Of a DNA stretch of 64,000 nt, positions 19,338 through 31,835 are shown in pieces (position 1 is the stretch's first letter; each line of letters starts with the position of its first letter). Under the pieces are notes generated by a model. That model searched no databases and was not told the origin of the DNA. It was given only the letters and a program-made list of their open reading frames with translations. The stretch is taken from assembly GCA_934476235.1 (NCBI GenBank), contig CAKSNL010000004.1:110582-174581 (forward strand). The letters are read 5' to 3'. The translations under genes and the position numbers were made by a program. The stretch comes from an uncultured Clostridia bacterium. Lineage in GTDB: Bacteria > Bacillota > Clostridia > CAKSNL01 > HGM11501.

Positions 19338-20671
19338 TAATATTCAAATACCGTATAGCCCTTGGGGGAAGCGGTAACCTTAAGCTCTTTGCCCGATTTT
19401 ACTATGCTGACATGAGATGAAATGAGCACTCTTTCAGGCTCATGACCAAGAGAAACCGTGAATTCCTCCTTCTCACCCGAGGTGTTGATTATAACCGCGA
19501 AACGCTTTTTACCCTTCTCTCTTTTATATGTCCAGACCTTCTCCGGGCACGAATTTTCAAGCCACTCAAACGACCCGTCATAAAACGCCGGATTATCCTT
19601 TCTCATTGCGGCAAGCTTTTTTAAGAACGAGCGGCGCTTTTTGCCCTCTTTGGTGAGCGCGTTTTCCCAGTTGATATAAAGCTTTCCGAAATCGCGGTTC
19701 GACCAGAGCGAGTGGCGCGCGTCATCGCATGCCTCGTTTCCGTTGTATAAAAGCGGGACGCCGTCCATTGTGTACATGAATATGAATCCGGCTTCCATTC
19801 CGTTATGCCCGAACGATTTTTCATAACGGTTATTGTAGCTGTCGCTTGCCGTGTCGTGGTTATCCATATAGCGGATGCATCTTCCGCCCTCGGGGTATGT
19901 ATCGTGAACGTGCTGCCACTCCGTGCGCGTTAATTCCGCGCTTTCAGTACCGGCAAGCGCGCGGCACATATGGGCGTTAAGTCCGAAGCTGTAGTCAAGG
20001 TCGAATCCCTCAACCAAAAAGTCGCCTCTAACGCCCTCGTTTAACATTACGATTCCGGGCTTGATCTTCTCAATTCTCTTTCTGCCCTCGATCCAGAAAT
20101 CGAGCGGCACTCTGTCGCCGACGTCGCAGCGGTAGCCGTCAATGTCAAACTTCTCCACGAAATACTCCATATTGCGCCAGAGATATTCCCTTAATTCCTT
20201 GCTTTCAAAGTTTATGCCGGGGAAATGCCAGTCAAGGTCAACGGGATTTCCCGCCTCGTCGCGCAGAATGAAATCCGGGTGGTCCTTTATGAACACCGCC
20301 TTGGGTCCGCAGTGAAGGTACACAAGGTCCAAAAGCACCTTAAGCCCCAATTTATGCGCATATTTGACGAAAGATAAAAGGTCCTCATCCGTGCCGTACT
20401 CGGGGTCAATCTTATAATAATCGCTCATGCGGTAAGGGTTTTTCGGGTTGTCAAAGCCGCTCTTTGCGTGTCTGTCGCTCCAGTGGCTTTTATCCATATC
20501 GTCGTCCATTTCAAATATCGGGCAGAGGTACACGTGCGTAACGCCGATTTCCTTCACCTCGGGCAGCATTTTCTCAGCCGCCGCAAGCGTTCCCTCGCTC
20601 GTGAACGCTCTCGGGAATATCTGATAGAACACGCTTTTTTTAAGCTCTTCGCTCATTTTTCTTGCTTTCAT
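19337..20671 (-). CDS. alpha-amylase family (GH13) glycoside hydrolase
   Basis: GH13 region with GLKVLLDLVYLH-like motifs. ATG at 20671 with a GGAGGAG RBS. Confidence 0.75.
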   Translation of the reverse strand: MKARKMSEELKKSVFYQIFPRAFTSEGTLAAAEKMLPEVKEIGVTHVYLCPIFEMDDDMDKSHWSDRHAKSGFDNPKNPYRMSDYYKIDPEYGTDEDLLSFVKYAHKLGLKVLLDLVYLHCGPKAVFIKDHPDFILRDEAGNPVDLDWHFPGINFESKELREYLWRNMEYFVEKFDIDGYRCDVGDRVPLDFWIEGRKRIEKIKPGIVMLNEGVRGDFLVEGFDLDYSFGLNAHMCRALAGTESAELTRTEWQHVHDTYPEGGRCIRYMDNHDTASDSYNNRYEKSFGHNGMEAGFIFMYTMDGVPLLYNGNEACDDARHSLWSNRDFGKLYINWENALTKEGKKRRSFLKKLAAMRKDNPAFYDGSFEWLENSCPEKVWTYKREKGKKRFAVIINTSGEKEEFTVSLGHEPERVLISSHVSIVKSGKELKVTASPKGYTVFEY

Positions 20672-20789
20672 CAATAACTCCTCCTTTTTCGTATATTAAG
20701 ACTATACACCAAAAAGGGGACTAAGTAAATAAATAAAACAACCCTATATTTATACTTTTCGGCACAAAAAGATGGTTGTTTTATTAAAA

Positions 20790-21152
20790 TCACTTCATCA
20801 GGTAGTCCAAAATAACCGTTACCAGGCGAAGGGTCAAAATATGGATGCTGATAAATATATATACTATTCCGATGCCGCCCCCTATTCCCGTGATAAACCG
20901 GCGGCAGTTATTGCTTTCCCGCTTAAACACCAATTGAACCGTACCGTCCGCTATCATCGGAATCAGCAGCAACGGAAAAACAAAATTATGCCTGCACTTC
21001 GTGATTATTGCCAAAATGATACCGATAAAATATCCCGCCAAAATACCGGTGCACCTTGAACACAAAGGGAACTGCTTTCCGTTAATGAAAAAGGATCTTT
21101 CCGGCTTCTGATGGCACATAAACGCAATTGCAAGAAATTTTTTTACGGTCAT
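20790..21152 (-). CDS. DUF2085 family membrane protein
   Basis: CHQKPERSF...PLCSRCTGILAGY is typical of DUF2085. Confidence 0.6.
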   Translation of the reverse strand: MTVKKFLAIAFMCHQKPERSFFINGKQFPLCSRCTGILAGYFIGIILAIITKCRHNFVFPLLLIPMIADGTVQLVFKRESNNCRRFITGIGGGIGIVYIFISIHILTLRLVTVILDYLMK

Positions 21153-21174
21153 TTAATAGTAATAAAGAGACGCC

Positions 21175-21474
21175 TCAAAGATCGCCGCAATTATTGCATA
21201 TATTATATATAATACAATCATATAATACAATCGCGGCAATAAACCCGATAAGAGCGCCCTTTCCCGCAGACATTGCCTTAAGCGGTGTCCCGTCCTTCCA
21301 TACCAAATACAAAATCAGTCCTACGACGGGAATACAAAAGCCTAAAAGTCCCCATCCGAAGCTGCTTGCATCCTGCGAACTTGCGGCTGTCATTTCTTTT
21401 TGCGGACATCCGCATGCGGGACATATTACCGCCTCATCCATAATTTCTTTTCCGCACTTTGAACAATATTTCAT
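21175..21474 (-). CDS. zinc-ribbon domain membrane protein
   Basis: MKYCSKCG...CPACG zinc ribbon plus two TM helices; AAGGAAGGA RBS. Promoter on minus strand: TTGTCA, 17-bp spacer, TGcTATAAT. Confidence 0.5.
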   Translation of the reverse strand: MKYCSKCGKEIMDEAVICPACGCPQKEMTAASSQDASSFGWGLLGFCIPVVGLILYLVWKDGTPLKAMSAGKGALIGFIAAIVLYDCIIYNICNNCGDL

Positions 21475-21479
21475 ATATA

Positions 21480-21565
21480 ATCCTTCCTTTTGACATTTAC
21501 TGAATGTCATTTTTAACGCTATTATAGCATATAATTTCTTTATTGACAAGTACTAAATGTCAAAA
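21480..21565. promoter_or_regulatory. divergent promoter/operator region with two dyads
   Basis: Dyads TGACATTtactgAATGTCA and TTGACAagtactaaaTGTCAA between the zinc-ribbon gene and the XRE regulator gene. Confidence 0.5.
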
Positions 21566-21579
21566 AGGGAGAAAAATTT

Positions 21580-21819
21580 ATGTTTATTAATAAATCAAAG
21601 GACGGATCAAACAATATCTGCGGTAAAAAAATCGCAGAATTAAGAAAAAACCTGAAGATATCGCAGCGGGTTTTAGCCGACAGGCTTCAGCTTTCCGGGC
21701 TCGATATAGACAAAAACGCCGTTCAGCGAATCGAAAGCGGGCAAAGGTTTGTGACAGATATTGAGCTTCTCGCGCTTGCCGATCTATTCGGCATAACTGC
21801 CGACAGTCTGTTAAGATAA
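21580..21819 (+). CDS. XRE-family helix-turn-helix transcriptional regulator
   Basis: HTH_3 motif IAELRKNLKISQRVLADRLQLS. Confidence 0.75.
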   Translation: MFINKSKDGSNNICGKKIAELRKNLKISQRVLADRLQLSGLDIDKNAVQRIESGQRFVTDIELLALADLFGITADSLLR

Positions 21820-21904
21820 TTATTTAAAAAACTCGCTTTCACGAGTTTGTACCGCACCTCTTCACTTTCCGAAAAACGGCGGAAAGTGAACAGGTAACAA
21901 ATAA

Positions 21905-21937
21905 AAATCGGCAAGCACTGACCGTACTTACCGATTT
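21905..21937 (-). terminator. terminator of the tRNA operon
   Basis: Minus strand ATCGGTAAG...CTTGCCGAT hairpin followed by TTTTT. Confidence 0.55.
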
Positions 21938-21938
21938 T

Positions 21939-22013
21939 TGGTGACTCGTACCAGATTTGAACTGGTGTTACCGCCGTGAAAGGGCGGTGTCTTAACCGCT
22001 TGACCAACGAGCC
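21939..22013 (-). tRNA. tRNA-Glu (anticodon TTC)
   Basis: 75 nt; cloverleaf with 7-bp acceptor stem, T-loop TTCAAAT, anticodon loop CTTTCAC, 3' CCA encoded. Confidence 0.85.
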
Positions 22014-22018
22014 GGATA

Positions 22019-22095
22019 TGGTAGCGGCAGGTGGACTTGAACCGCCGACCTAACGGGTATGAACCGTTTGCTCTAGCCAGCTGAGCTATGCCGCC
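22019..22095 (-). tRNA. tRNA-Met (anticodon CAT, elongator type)
   Basis: 77 nt GGCGGCATAGCTCAGCTGGCTAGAGC...; anticodon loop TTCATAC; CCA encoded. Confidence 0.85.
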
Positions 22096-22327
22096 ATGTT
22101 GCTGTCGGATGTGACAGCTATATTAGAATACCACAAAAATACCCAAAAGTCAAGAGTTTTTTTCTCTTTTGGTCAAAAATCCTCTTCCCCGGCAATTTCC
22201 GCGCTTCTTTGATATCTTATCTCGACCCTGTCTTTAATCGAATAGCGGTACACCAAAGTAAAAACCGCCGCCCAGAATATGAGAAACACTAATATTATTA
22301 TCTTCTTTTTCATATTTTTAAACATTT

Positions 22328-22353
22328 CTGCGCCGGAAAATTTTCCGGCGCAG
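22328..22353. terminator. terminator downstream of gyrA
   Basis: CTGCGCCGGAAA-att-TTCCGGCGCAG hairpin. Confidence 0.65.
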
Positions 22354-22361
22354 TTATTTTT

Positions 22362-24866
22362 TTATTCCGTTGCCTTTTCTTCCTCTGTTCCCTCCGGAAG
22401 CTCATCCTCGTGCGCGGTCTTTGCAAGACCGATAACTCTTACCCCGTCGCCCGGGCGCATGAGGCGGACGCCGCTTGTCGCTCTTCCGATAGAATTGATT
22501 TCATCGGTGTACATTCTTATTATCACGCCGTCGGACGCAATAAGCATAAGGTCGTCATTTTCATTTACCGCCGTTACGCCGATAACATTTCCCGTTTTTT
22601 CGGAGGTTTTATACCCGATAAGACCCATACCGCTTCTCTTCTGAGTCTTAAAGAGGTCAAACCCGGTCTTCTTTCCGAAGCCGTTTTCCGTTACTATCAT
22701 AAGCTCGGACTCATTATCGACATTTGCCATGCCGACAACAAAATCTCCCTCGCGGAGCGTTATTGCCTTAACGCCGCGGGTCACTCTGCCCAGAGGTCTT
22801 ACATCTGACTCGTTAAAGCGGATAACCATTCCCTTGTTCGTGCCGACCATGATATCGTTCTCTCCGTCGGTCAAGTTAACGCTTATAAGCTCATCATCCT
22901 CGTCAATCACAATCGCGATAAGACCGCCCTTTCTGGTCGTTCCGTAGCAGTCGAGCGAGGTCTTTTTGATTATGCCCTTTTTGGTGAGCATGGTAAGATA
23001 CTTATCGCTTGAAAATTCGCTTACCGGAATCATCGCGGTAACCTTCTCGTCCTTCTCTACGGGAAGAAGGTTTACTATGGCAGAGCCCTTTGCCTGTCTG
23101 CCGGACTCCGGAATCTGATAGCCTTTAAGCTTATATGCTCTGCCCTTATTGGTAAAGAACATTATATAGTCATGGGTCGACGCGGTGGAGATATATTCAA
23201 CGAAATCCTCTTCCCTCGTCTGAAGTCCGGACACTCCGCGCCCTCCTCTGTGCTGGCTCTTATAGGTCGAGCTAACTGTGCGCTTTAAATATCCGTAGTG
23301 AGTCATCGTTATAACGCAGTCTTCTCTCTCGATAAGGTCCTCGTCCTCAATTTCCTCAACGATATTTTCGATTTCGGTTTCTCTCTCGTCTCCGTACTTT
23401 TCCTTTATCTCCAAAAGCTCTTTCTTTATCTGGTCAAGCAAAAGTTTCTTGTCCGAAAGCAGGAGCTTATATTCATGGCATTTCGACTCAAGCTCGTTAT
23501 ACTCTGCTTCAATCTTCTCGCCGTTTAACTTTTGCAGCTGAGCAAGGCGCATATCAAGAACGCTCTGAGCCTGTATATCGGAAAAGCCGAAACGCTCTAT
23601 GAGGTTTTCCTTAGCGTTATCGTAAGAATTTCTGATGATATTAATAATTTCGTCAATATTGGCAAGGGCGATCCTTAATCCCTCCAATATGTGCATCCTG
23701 GCTTCCGCTTTTTCAAGGTCAAACTTCGTTCTTCTTGTAACGATCTCCTCCTGGAACCTTATAAATCTGTCCAGAATATCCTTAAGACCCATCGTTCTCG
23801 GTCTTCCGTTGTCGATCGCTATCATGTTTATCGAAAAACTGTCCTGAAGGCGCGAATATTTATAAAGCTGATTTAAAACGACCTGAGGATTTGCGTCCTT
23901 CTTTAAGAAAATTTCGAGCCTTATGCCGACTCTGTCGGACGAGTGGTCGTCAATATCGTCAAGTCCCTCTATCTTTTTATCCTTGACAAGATTTGCGATA
24001 GACTCTACCAGGTCCTTTTTATTTACTTTATAGGGAAGCTCCGTCACGATTATAGAAGCTTTTCCGTTCTTATGCTCCTCTATTCTAGCCTTTGCCCTTA
24101 TGATTATTCTTCCCTTACCGGTCGCATAAGCGCTTCTTATTCCGCTTCTTCCCATGATGGTGCCCTTGGTCGGAAAATCGGGACCCTTTATATATTCCAT
24201 CAATTCCTCGACCGTAATCTCCGGGTCCTCTATCTGCGCGATAACACCGTCCAATACCTCGGAAAGGTTATGGGGAGGAATTTCCGTCGCCATGCCGACC
24301 GCAATTCCCGACGAGCCGTTTACCAAAAGTGTCGGAATTCTCGTGGGAAGAACAACGGGCTCTCTTCTCTTTTCATCAAAGTTAGGAATAAAGTCGACCG
24401 TGTTTTTATCAATGCTTTCGAGCATAACATTTGAAATTTTGCTCATTCTCGCTTCGGTATAACGGTAAGCAGCGGGCGGGTCCCCGTCAACGCTTCCGAA
24501 GTTTCCGTGCCCGTCAATCAAAGGATAGCGCATCGAGAAATCCTGCGCCATTCTTACCATCGCGTCATAAACCGATGCGTCGCCGTGCGGATGGTATCTG
24601 CCGATAACGTTTCCGACCGTTGTAGCCGACTTGAAAAAGGGCTTGTCCGATGTGAGATTTTCCTCATACATCGAGTACAGTATCCTTCTGTGAACCGGCT
24701 TCAAACCGTCCCTTACATCCGGAAGGGCGCGGCTCATAATAACGCTCATTGCATAGTCAATGAACGCTTCCTTCATTCTTTTTTCTATATCAATATTGAC
24801 TATTGTCTGTGTTTCCAAGTGCTCCTCAAAGTGAGAATCCTCATATCTTTTACTTTTTTTAGCCAT
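22362..24866 (-). CDS. gyrA: DNA gyrase subunit A
   Basis: 834 aa with GyrA signatures including the active-site region AAMRYTEARM. Confidence 0.95.
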   Translation of the reverse strand: MAKKSKRYEDSHFEEHLETQTIVNIDIEKRMKEAFIDYAMSVIMSRALPDVRDGLKPVHRRILYSMYEENLTSDKPFFKSATTVGNVIGRYHPHGDASVYDAMVRMAQDFSMRYPLIDGHGNFGSVDGDPPAAYRYTEARMSKISNVMLESIDKNTVDFIPNFDEKRREPVVLPTRIPTLLVNGSSGIAVGMATEIPPHNLSEVLDGVIAQIEDPEITVEELMEYIKGPDFPTKGTIMGRSGIRSAYATGKGRIIIRAKARIEEHKNGKASIIVTELPYKVNKKDLVESIANLVKDKKIEGLDDIDDHSSDRVGIRLEIFLKKDANPQVVLNQLYKYSRLQDSFSINMIAIDNGRPRTMGLKDILDRFIRFQEEIVTRRTKFDLEKAEARMHILEGLRIALANIDEIINIIRNSYDNAKENLIERFGFSDIQAQSVLDMRLAQLQKLNGEKIEAEYNELESKCHEYKLLLSDKKLLLDQIKKELLEIKEKYGDERETEIENIVEEIEDEDLIEREDCVITMTHYGYLKRTVSSTYKSQHRGGRGVSGLQTREEDFVEYISTASTHDYIMFFTNKGRAYKLKGYQIPESGRQAKGSAIVNLLPVEKDEKVTAMIPVSEFSSDKYLTMLTKKGIIKKTSLDCYGTTRKGGLIAIVIDEDDELISVNLTDGENDIMVGTNKGMVIRFNESDVRPLGRVTRGVKAITLREGDFVVGMANVDNESELMIVTENGFGKKTGFDLFKTQKRSGMGLIGYKTSEKTGNVIGVTAVNENDDLMLIASDGVIIRMYTDEINSIGRATSGVRLMRPGDGVRVIGLAKTAHEDELPEGTEEEKATE

Positions 24867-24889
24867 TTTTTGCCTCCGATTTTACTGAC

Positions 24890-27092
<2,203 letters not shown>

Positions 27093-27096
27093 ATTT

Positions 27097-28203
27097 TTAA
27101 TCCTCTTTTTTTATTTCTCCGTTTTCCGCGGTGAAAAATAATGATCTTTTACTTTTTCTTAATCCGCTTGCACCGGTACAGGTTATTATTGTCTGCTTTC
27201 CCTTTATTTTTTCGGTTAAGTAAGACTGCCTTTTTTTATCGAGTTCGCTTAAAATATCGTCAAGCAAAAGCACGGGATAGCTCCCCGTTCTGTCCTTTAT
27301 AATTTCCGTCATGGCAAGCTTTAAGCAAAGAATGACTGACCGCTGCTGCCCCTGGGAGCCGAAAAGCTTTACATTCTTTCCGTTTATCAAAAATTCCGCG
27401 TCATCCCTGTGCGGTCCCGTTAAAGCCTGCATTTTTTCAATTTCCGCGTTTTTTAATCTTTCTGTTTTTTCCTTGAAATCCTCTTTTATTTTTTCAACAT
27501 CGTTAATATCTCTCAAAGCCACCGAAGGAACATACTTTACCGTGAGCCTTTCCTTTCCGCAGGTAAGCTCATCCATTTTTTCTTTTGCATATTCCTCTAT
27601 CATTTTTATAAAGCTTCCGCGATACATGAAGAGCCGTGCTCCGTATTCCGTCATCCTCTGATTCCACACATCCATCATCATATTTATTTCACGGGAGCTT
27701 CCTTTTTTCAGCAAAGTATTTTTCTGCTTTAAACATTTATTGTAATCTCTTAAGATTTTTACATAGTTCGGGCGGAGAACGGATATCGAATCATCTAAAA
27801 ACTCTCTCCTTATTTCCTTTTCACCTTTTATTATATCAATTTCCTCAGGACAAAAAAGAACAGTCTTAAAATATTCCGATAAAAGAGAATTTTTAGAAAG
27901 AGGAATACCGTTAAAGCTTATATCTTTTTTTCCATCTCTGTTTACCATAAATTTCCCTCTGTATTTATGGTCCTCATTAAAAAAATCCATTTCAAGAAAG
28001 AAAGAGTCGCAGCCGAACCTTATAAGCTCTTTATCTCCCGCCGGTCTGTAGCTTTTTCCGGCTGAAAAAAGATAAACCGCCTCCAAAAGATTGGTTTTAC
28101 CTTGTGCATTTTTACCTCTTATGACGTTAACCTCGGGATTAAAGAATATTTCCTGATCTTTAAAATTCCTGAAGTCAATTATCTTAAGCCTTTCAATTTT
28201 CAT
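27097..28203 (-). CDS. recF: DNA replication and repair protein RecF
   Basis: Walker A motif GKNAQGKTNLLEA and an SMC-like C-terminus; overlaps dnaN. Confidence 0.9.
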   Translation of the reverse strand: MKIERLKIIDFRNFKDQEIFFNPEVNVIRGKNAQGKTNLLEAVYLFSAGKSYRPAGDKELIRFGCDSFFLEMDFFNEDHKYRGKFMVNRDGKKDISFNGIPLSKNSLLSEYFKTVLFCPEEIDIIKGEKEIRREFLDDSISVLRPNYVKILRDYNKCLKQKNTLLKKGSSREINMMMDVWNQRMTEYGARLFMYRGSFIKMIEEYAKEKMDELTCGKERLTVKYVPSVALRDINDVEKIKEDFKEKTERLKNAEIEKMQALTGPHRDDAEFLINGKNVKLFGSQGQQRSVILCLKLAMTEIIKDRTGSYPVLLLDDILSELDKKRQSYLTEKIKGKQTIITCTGASGLRKSKRSLFFTAENGEIKKED

Positions 28204-29302
28204 TTTTAAGTCTTACGGGAAGAACCATCTGAATGAACGAATCGTCCTCCAGCGGCTTTATGATACAGGGGCTTAAATTTGAATTAAATTCAAGCTTTGC
28301 AACGTCCGTTTCCGCTGCCTTCAAAGCGTCATGAATATATCGGTTGTTAAACCCAATCTCCGTTTCCTCTCCTTCAAAAGGAATATCCAATGTATCGACT
28401 ATCTGACCGGTTGCGGTGATACACCTTATAACAAGCTCCTTCTGAGTAAAGTGAAATCTTATCGGGCTCTTTGTTTCATCCGCGGCAATAATGGGCTCGC
28501 ATCGTTCAACGCTTTCTGTCACGCTTGCAACGGGAATTACAACACTGTAATTATTAACTGCAGGGATGGTTTTTTCATAATTCAAGAAATTTCCCTCTAT
28601 AAGTCTTGATACCACCTTTGCATTTTCCGTCTTTATGGAAACGTATCTTTCCGTAAGTCCTACATTTACCTTTGAATCATCGTCTTTTAATATTTTGACA
28701 AGCTCTCCCAAGGTTTTGCCGGGAATTATAAACGAAAAGTCACCGCTCGAAGTTACCTTTTCTCTTCTTAATGCAAGGCGGAACCCGTCAACCGACACTA
28801 TATTTAAATTATCTCCTTTTATTTCAAACAAGGAACCGGTAAGAACAATTCTGCTTTCGTTCTGGGAAACCGCATAGAGAGTTCTTCTTATCATATTTTT
28901 TAAGGTTCCCTCTTCTATGGTAAATTCATTTTCCTTTTCAATTTCGGGAACCGAAGGAAATTCATCATCCGGCAGACCCAAAATCTTATATTCTATGTTC
29001 TGACAGGTAATGACCGCGTTTCTGTTCTCGTTTACCTTTAATGTAACGGTATCGTTGGGAAGCTTTCTCACGATGTCCATAAAGGTCTTTGCAATTAATA
29101 CTATTCCTCCCTCCTCATAGACCTGTGCCGGAATACGGCATTCTATTCCGAGATCCATATCGTTTCCTACAATAGTAAGAGTTTCCGCTTCGGCTTTTAT
29201 GTATATTCCCTCCAATATAGGAAGAGAAGCCTTCTGCGAAACTGCCTTTGAAACGATGTTCAAGGTATTTAAAAGTATTTCCTTCTGACACTGAAAAATC
29301 AT
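28193..29302 (-). CDS. dnaN: DNA polymerase III subunit beta
   Basis: 369-aa sliding-clamp three-domain pattern, directly downstream of dnaA. Confidence 0.9.
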   Translation of the reverse strand: MIFQCQKEILLNTLNIVSKAVSQKASLPILEGIYIKAEAETLTIVGNDMDLGIECRIPAQVYEEGGIVLIAKTFMDIVRKLPNDTVTLKVNENRNAVITCQNIEYKILGLPDDEFPSVPEIEKENEFTIEEGTLKNMIRRTLYAVSQNESRIVLTGSLFEIKGDNLNIVSVDGFRLALRREKVTSSGDFSFIIPGKTLGELVKILKDDDSKVNVGLTERYVSIKTENAKVVSRLIEGNFLNYEKTIPAVNNYSVVIPVASVTESVERCEPIIAADETKSPIRFHFTQKELVIRCITATGQIVDTLDIPFEGEETEIGFNNRYIHDALKAAETDVAKLEFNSNLSPCIIKPLEDDSFIQMVLPVRLKNEN

Positions 29303-29329
29303 GATGATTCTCCTTTTTTCTTTGGATTG

Positions 29330-29505
29330 ATTTTTTTTATAAATAATATATATTTAAATTCAGTTATAGTAGTATCTGTAGATAAGGTGAAAAATTTATT
29401 ATTATTCCCATATACCAAGGATTTTAAACAAATTTTTTTGGTGATAAAATGTCTAATAAAATGAAAATTCATTATCCACATACTGTTTATAAAGTGGATA
29501 AGGTC
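29330..29505. promoter_or_regulatory. oriC part 2: dnaA-dnaN spacer with DnaA boxes and an AT-rich unwinding element
   Basis: TTATCCACA at 29472-80; one-mismatch boxes at 29377-85 and 29493-501; AT-rich run 29330-29365. Confidence 0.7.
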
Positions 29506-30826
29506 ATCCGTTTTTTAAATCGTTTGTGATATTTTCTATTTTGTCGCTTACCTCCGGATCCTCTTTTTTTAATGATTCAACCTTTTTTACCGCGTGAATG
29601 ATGGTTGAGTGATCCTTTCCTCCGAAATATTCTCCTATTCTGTTATAGGAAAGCTCCGTAAGATTTTTGCAAAGATAGATTGCAACCTGTCTCGGAACAA
29701 CTATTTCTTTTGTTTTTCTTTTTGAGGTAATATCTTCTTCCCTTACTCTGAATAAAGATGAAACGGATTTTATTATCATTTCCGGGGTTATTACCCTGGA
29801 AGACGCCGCCGTTCTGTATTTTTTTATAGCATCTTCAGCCATTTCAAGAGTTACCTCTTTATTTAAAATCCCCGAATAAGCGGAAAGTGTTTTGAAAACT
29901 CCCTCAAGCTCACGGATATTCATTGTTATATTGTCGGCAATATACATGAGTATCTTTGTGTCAATATTGATATTCTGGTTTTCCGCCTTTTGTTTTAAAA
30001 TTGCAACTCTCGTTTCATATTCGGGAGGCTGAATGTCTGCAAGATAGCCCCATCCGAAACGGGACTTTAGTCTGTCCGCAAGATTCGGAATCTCGTTCGG
30101 AGGACGGTCGCTTGATAAAACTATCTGCTTTGAATCCTCAAAAAGAGAATTGAAGGTATTGAAAAATTCCTCCTCCATCGAAATCTTGCCGGCGATGAAC
30201 TGAATATCGTCAACAAACAAAGCGTCAATCTTTCTGTATTTATCCCTGAAAGCGTCCGTGCTCTTTTTGGCGATGCTTTCGATAAGCTCAACCGTAAAGG
30301 TTTCCGACGTTACAAAAAGAGTTTTAAGCTTCGGATAATTTTCGTTTATGTAGTTTTCCATCGCGTGCATAAGATGGGTTTTTCCGAGCCCGACTCCTCC
30401 CCATATGAAAAGAGGATTATAGGCTTTGCCGGGCATTTCAGCAGCACCGAGAGCCAGAGCCTGTGCAAGTTCGTTTGATTTTCCGACAACGAAATTATCA
30501 AAGGTATATTTTGAATATTTTTCTTTTTTGGAGGATGAGGTTTTTTCGTTTTCTTTTTCTTCTTCCTCCTCTTTTTTTTCCCCGACGGTAATAAAAATAT
30601 CATACTTTTTGCCTGAAGCTTCAAGAACCGAGTTTATAATAAGATCGTTATAGCGCTGCTCGAGCATATTTTTATTAATCTCCGTCGGAACGGACAAAAA
30701 GATTTCAGAGTCTGTCATCCTATAAGGAACTACGGATTCGATCCATGTTCTGTATGAAACCTTTGAGGAAAGCTCATCCTTTATGTATTCGCATGCTTTT
30801 GCCCAGATATCCGACAGTGCAGACAA
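29504..30826 (-). CDS. dnaA: chromosomal replication initiator protein DnaA
   Basis: AAA+ domain GGVGLGKTHLMHA and a C-terminal DnaA-box-binding domain. Probable TTG start at 30826 with AAGGGGGT RBS; the ATG at 30853 lies inside a DnaA box. Confidence 0.9.
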   Translation of the reverse strand: MSALSDIWAKACEYIKDELSSKVSYRTWIESVVPYRMTDSEIFLSVPTEINKNMLEQRYNDLIINSVLEASGKKYDIFITVGEKKEEEEEKENEKTSSSKKEKYSKYTFDNFVVGKSNELAQALALGAAEMPGKAYNPLFIWGGVGLGKTHLMHAMENYINENYPKLKTLFVTSETFTVELIESIAKKSTDAFRDKYRKIDALFVDDIQFIAGKISMEEEFFNTFNSLFEDSKQIVLSSDRPPNEIPNLADRLKSRFGWGYLADIQPPEYETRVAILKQKAENQNINIDTKILMYIADNITMNIRELEGVFKTLSAYSGILNKEVTLEMAEDAIKKYRTAASSRVITPEMIIKSVSSLFRVREEDITSKRKTKEIVVPRQVAIYLCKNLTELSYNRIGEYFGGKDHSTIIHAVKKVESLKKEDPEVSDKIENITNDLKNG

Positions 30827-30843
30827 GTTTATTACCCCCTTAT

Positions 30844-30949
30844 TTATCCACAATTGTGTATAAAAGGTGTTGAAAACTGTGGATAAATCCTTGATTTTTT
30901 TAAAAAACGGCGTTATGGCTTAAATAAAGTTGTGGATAAGTTATCAACC
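30844..30949. promoter_or_regulatory. oriC part 1: DnaA-box cluster upstream of dnaA
   Basis: Perfect TTATCCACA at 30844-52 and reverse-orientation copies at 30878-86 and 30931-39; weaker TTATCAACC at 30941-49. Confidence 0.75.
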
Positions 30950-31041
30950 GCATAAATCTTCATATCTCATATATTATAACAAAAAACTTTCCTTTTTACA
31001 AGATTAAATTTATCTTTTTTGTAAAAAAATTAATTTTTCGG

Positions 31042-31070
31042 TTGACAAATAATTTTTTAGTATATATAAT
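31042..31070 (+). promoter_or_regulatory. rpmH promoter
   Basis: Perfect TTGACA, 17-bp spacer, TATAAT. Confidence 0.7.
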
Positions 31071-31117
31071 AAAAAAAAGTCTGTAATTTTTTATTTTACT
31101 TTAAGGAGGTGTTTTTT

Positions 31118-31252
31118 GTGCTTAGGACATATCAGCCCAATAAGCTAAAAAGAAAAAAAGTGCACGGTTTCAGAAGCAGAATGAGCACTAAAAACGGAAG
31201 AAAAGTTCTTTCGAGAAGAAGAAGACAGGGCAGAAGGGTTCTTTCCGCTTAA
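31118..31252 (+). CDS. rpmH: 50S ribosomal protein L34
   Basis: 44 aa [44 protein letters not shown]; GTG start after AAGGAGGTG; shorter than the ORF-track minimum. Confidence 0.85.
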   Translation: MLRTYQPNKLKRKKVHGFRSRMSTKNGRKVLSRRRRQGRRVLSA

Positions 31253-31279
31253 TTTTAAGAAGGAGAGATTATCTTTAGC

Positions 31280-31618
31280 ATGAAAAGTACGCTGTCGCTG
31301 AAAAGCAATTCAATTTTCACAAAGCTTTATAAAAAGGGACACTGTGAGAAGTCAAAGAGCGTGGTAATGTATTATTATCCGAACGGACTTAAAATCTGCC
31401 GCATGGGAATAACGGTAAGTAAAAAGATCGGGTCTGCGGTAAAAAGAAACAGGTCGAAAAGGCTTATCAGAGAAAGCTACAGATGCTTTGAAAAATATGC
31501 CTCGGGTTACGATATAGTTTTTGTTGCAAGAACCATAACGCCCGAGGCAGGGTTTTTTGAAGTGAAAAAGGACATGGGCAGGCTGTTTGAAAAAAGCCTT
31601 ATGAGGTGCGGAAAATGA
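31280..31618 (+). CDS. rnpA: ribonuclease P protein component
   Basis: 112 aa with a basic RnpA core ([22 protein letters not shown]). Confidence 0.9.
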   Translation: MKSTLSLKSNSIFTKLYKKGHCEKSKSVVMYYYPNGLKICRMGITVSKKIGSAVKRNRSKRLIRESYRCFEKYASGYDIVFVARTITPEAGFFEVKKDMGRLFEKSLMRCGK

Positions 31619-31824
31619 AATATGTATTTCTTTTTTTTATCAGACTTTACAGAAAATATATTTCTCCTTTATCAAAGCCGCATTGCAGATTTTACCCCAC
31701 GTGTTCAGCCTATGCCTATGAGGCAATAAAAAAATACGGTGCGTTAAAGGGCGGTTTTTTAACCGTTAAAAGAATTCTGAAATGTCACCCTTTTAATGCG
31801 GGGGGATATGATCCCGTTCCGTAA
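31606..31824 (+). CDS. yidD: membrane protein insertion efficiency factor YidD
   Basis: [24 protein letters not shown] is the YidD signature. Confidence 0.85.
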   Translation: MRKMKYVFLFFIRLYRKYISPLSKPHCRFYPTCSAYAYEAIKKYGALKGGFLTVKRILKCHPFNAGGYDPVP

Positions 31825-31835
31825 AAAATTAAGGA

